A stretch of DNA of 64,000 nucleotides from Eledone cirrhosa (Eukaryota). This document shows positions 56,283 through 64,000 of this stretch, piece by piece (positions within the stretch are counted from its first letter, which is position 1; each line of letters opens with the position of its first letter). Below the pieces are notes generated by a model. The model worked only from the letters and a program-made list of their open reading frames with translations. It searched no databases and was not told the DNA's origin. The stretch is taken from assembly GCA_964016885.1 (NCBI GenBank), contig OZ024743.1, positions 62,124,001 through 62,188,000 on the forward strand, given 5' to 3'. Made by a program: the position numbers and the translations under genes.

Positions 56283-57008
56283 ATAGAGATAGATAGACAA
56301 ATCAATTTAGTAATATAACTAACTTTCTCATTAAGTTGGAGTTTGGAACATAGTTTAACAAAGGTTCTTACATAAAATTCTGATGGAACTAGATGCGGTT
56401 TGGTATCAAAACAGTTAATCATGTTTCGTTCAAGTGAGATTTTGTTTCAAATACACGACCTCTTGAATATTGTTTGAACTTATTCATTGAGGCTAAAACA
56501 TTAACATGTTGCCACTGACATTTTTCATCCAGCTGTATCTTACATTGACATTGTTTTTTGTTAAACAACTTACTTATGAATAATTGAGAAATGTTTCTTA
56601 TAATTAGAGCTACGGAATTTCTAGAAAGGATTAGGTTTGTGTGTCTTGAATCTTAGATATTATCTGGATTGGTGATTTGTGGTTCAAACACTATGCTTTG
56701 TGCTGTATGTGACATTGACATTGTATTTATTAAACAACCTGTCGTACTTCATAAATAGTTGGAAAGTGTTTGTTTTAATTAGGGCTGAGCAATTTCTAGA
56801 AATGTTCGACCTTTACGTCTAGCATAATGGTTTTCTTTATTTATGTCGAGCTTGCAATTTTCGCAAGTCTAGTGAACACTAGCTTTGAGAACACATGGCT
56901 CAAAATAGATTTATAAAATTATAAACACGCCATTAATAAAGAAATACATATAACTCTACAGTTCAGTTACATTTAGTATGTGAATACCTTGTTTCTACAA
57001 ACAGCCAC

Positions 57009-57045
<37 letters not shown>

Positions 57046-57731
57046 TGTGTGTGTGTGTGTGCGTTTGTGCGTTAAGAGTGCTGGTTGAAAATCTAAAGCT
57101 ATTTTCTACAGTATGTGTGTGTGTATTTAAATTGTATCTATGTTTGTACATATTACTTTTATGTGTATACGAACGTATTTGTTTTCAGTTTGTGTATTTG
57201 TCGTTTGGTGTCGTAGCTTTTGGTCAATAAAGATATTTATCTTGGTGCAACCAAGATCCAGACGTTGTAGATATTGTTGTGGTTGTTGTGGTGGTGTTAG
57301 TGGTGGTGGTTTATAATATCTTCAACAGGAAGGGGTCGATCTGAGTCAAGTTGGTTTTATTTATTCGCACGAGATTCCGCCATCCTCCTGATACATGATC
57401 TGCCTCGGCTACCTTTAGATCTATCCGGGTATTCGTGACACACCATAGACAAAGTTTGGCGGATTGTGATCTATCTTGCTGCAACAATTTCACGAATACA
57501 CACGCTGTATGTGTATGTGTGTTTGTATACACACACACACACACACACACACATCACACATACATACATACATACATACATACATACATACATACATACA
57601 TACCTACATACATCCGCTGAGAAAAAAAAAAGTATTTATACATACACACGAATATGTAGTTTGTAAATGACCGTAGCTGTGAATATTTAAGTGAACCAAA
57701 GAGCACCGCTATATACAAACAGTTACACTAC

Positions 57732-57790
<59 letters not shown>

Positions 57791-57999
57791 CACGAGCGTT
57801 TTGGTGTGTATTTCAAACCTCTTCCCTTAAAATTATGATAAACAGTATATAATAATAAAAATATAACAATAATACTTTAAGACAAAATGGCAGGTAAATC
57901 TGATATGGTTGTCTAAAATCTCCGGTAAATCGATGACGCCGATCTTATCAAAGACAGATATATGGGGACAAATGACCTAAATCAATGACTTTTACTAAG

Positions 58000-58455
58000 A
58001 TAATGGTTTCTGATTTAGACACAAGGCTAACAATTTTGGTGAAGGGCAAAGTTGATTAAATCGACCTCAGTGCGTTCCTGGTACTTTATTTTATCTACTC
58101 CGTGAGGATGAAAGGCAAAGCTAATCTCGGGTGGGGATTTGAACTCAGAACGTAAAGGGACATAACTAAATGCCGCAAAGCATGGTGTTCCACGCTCTAC
58201 CTAAACTGCCAATCCACCGTCATCACCTTCACTAAAATAATTGTTTCTGGTTTAGGTACTAGGCCAACAATTTTGGGGGAGAAAAGATTCGATTAAATCG
58301 ACCCCGGTGCATTACTGGTGCTTTATTTTATCGACCCCGTAAGGATGAAAGGCAAAGTTAACCTCAAATTTGAACCCAGAACGTAAAGGGACGTAATTAA
58401 ATGCCGCAAAGCATATTGTCCCACGCTTAACCCAAACTGCCAATCCACCGCCCTT
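58000..58455 (-). mobile_element. Head-to-tail dimer of SINE family A
   Basis: Two copies of about 225 bp separated by a similar linker. Confidence 0.85.
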
Positions 58456-58626
58456 ACTTTCATTAGAATAATACGAAACCTATTTTCTTCAAACTCACCC
58501 ACCTACTATACCACTTTTATATCTAATATCTATCCACTAATAACCTTCTGAACATCTAAGTCCAAGTTGTAGTTTCCTGTGGTGGAGTTTTGAGATGTAC
58601 AAAATATTTTAAGAATTATGTATTAA

Positions 58627-58735
58627 CTAGTAAAACCCCGTTACTACGCTACCGGTAAAAATATTTGTTAATCATATATGTATCTTTGATATTATGACGT
58701 CACCGTATTCTTGAATTACGCGTTAAGCTATCTCA

Positions 58736-58740
<5 letters not shown>
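58627..58740 (-). mobile_element. Possible Helitron 3' end fragment
   Basis: The - strand has an imperfect hairpin ccggtagcgtagtaacgg followed by ttttaCTAG|T. Confidence 0.45.
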
Positions 58741-58815
<75 letters not shown>

Positions 58816-59015
58816 NNNNNNNNNNNNNNNNNNNNNNNNNNNNNNNNNNNNNNNNNNNNNNNNNNNNNNNNNNNNNNNNNNNNNNNNNNNNNNNNNNNNN
58901 NNNNNNNNNNNNNNNNNNNNNNNNNNNNNNNNNNNNNNNNNNNNNNNNNNNNNNNNNNNNNNNNNNNNNNNNNNNNNNNNNNNNNNNNNNNNNNNNNNNN
59001 NNNNNNNNNNNNNNN
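58816..59015. other. Assembly gap (200 N)
   Basis: Run of N between TA-rich tracts; the true length is unknown. Confidence 0.99.
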
Positions 59016-63695
<4,680 letters not shown>

Positions 63696-64000
63696 TTTGA
63701 GAAAAACCACAGACCCTCCATCCCAACTCTACTCTTGAACAGCAGAAGAACTGCGAAACAGGTAAAGGAATCAAATAAATATATATATTTTTTTAAAATA
63801 AGACTCCAGTTGCATTTTCGATTTCATCTTTTTTTCTTTATATATATATATATATATATATTAAAATAACAGGTTAAAGTTTAAGCAAAGAATCGCTGCT
63901 TTCACCCTTAACGGGATCTTAAGAGGGCTCGATAAGGATAAATATATATCAAATATTTAAGAACCGTAGAGCGAATATTTATTAAAATAATAGATTAAAG

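Noticed and set aside
56540-56805. Diverged direct duplication of about 90 bp
   Set aside because: It is an ordinary old tandem duplication with no structural signal.

Overview
This is AT-rich animal genomic DNA, not prokaryotic. The SINE families and microsatellite load suggest an octopod cephalopod (inference). Almost all listed ORFs are translations of (TA)n/(CA)n/(GA)n tracts. One convincing coding exon is visible: 11774-11934 (+), encoding a signal-peptide-like N-terminus and ending at a GTAAGT donor, so most downstream sequence is probably a very large intron. The rest consists of tRNA-derived SINEs, decayed LINEs (RTE/Rex3-like, CRE-like with a restriction-like endonuclease, CR1/L2-like), non-autonomous Helitrons, several MITE types, minisatellites and a 200-N scaffold gap. 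The most notable signal is a set of short elements at (TA)n arrays. They are often fold-back palindromes and carry type I hammerhead ribozyme cores (CTGATGA...GAAA..TH). At least four sequence families occur, with an apparently intact minimal hammerhead at 32849-32892, stem I covariation between copies, and a shared downstream ACTC..GTATTGAGTAC motif. They are best read as Penelope-like element termini or retrozyme-like derivatives. All coordinates were read by eye, and repeat boundaries are approximate.
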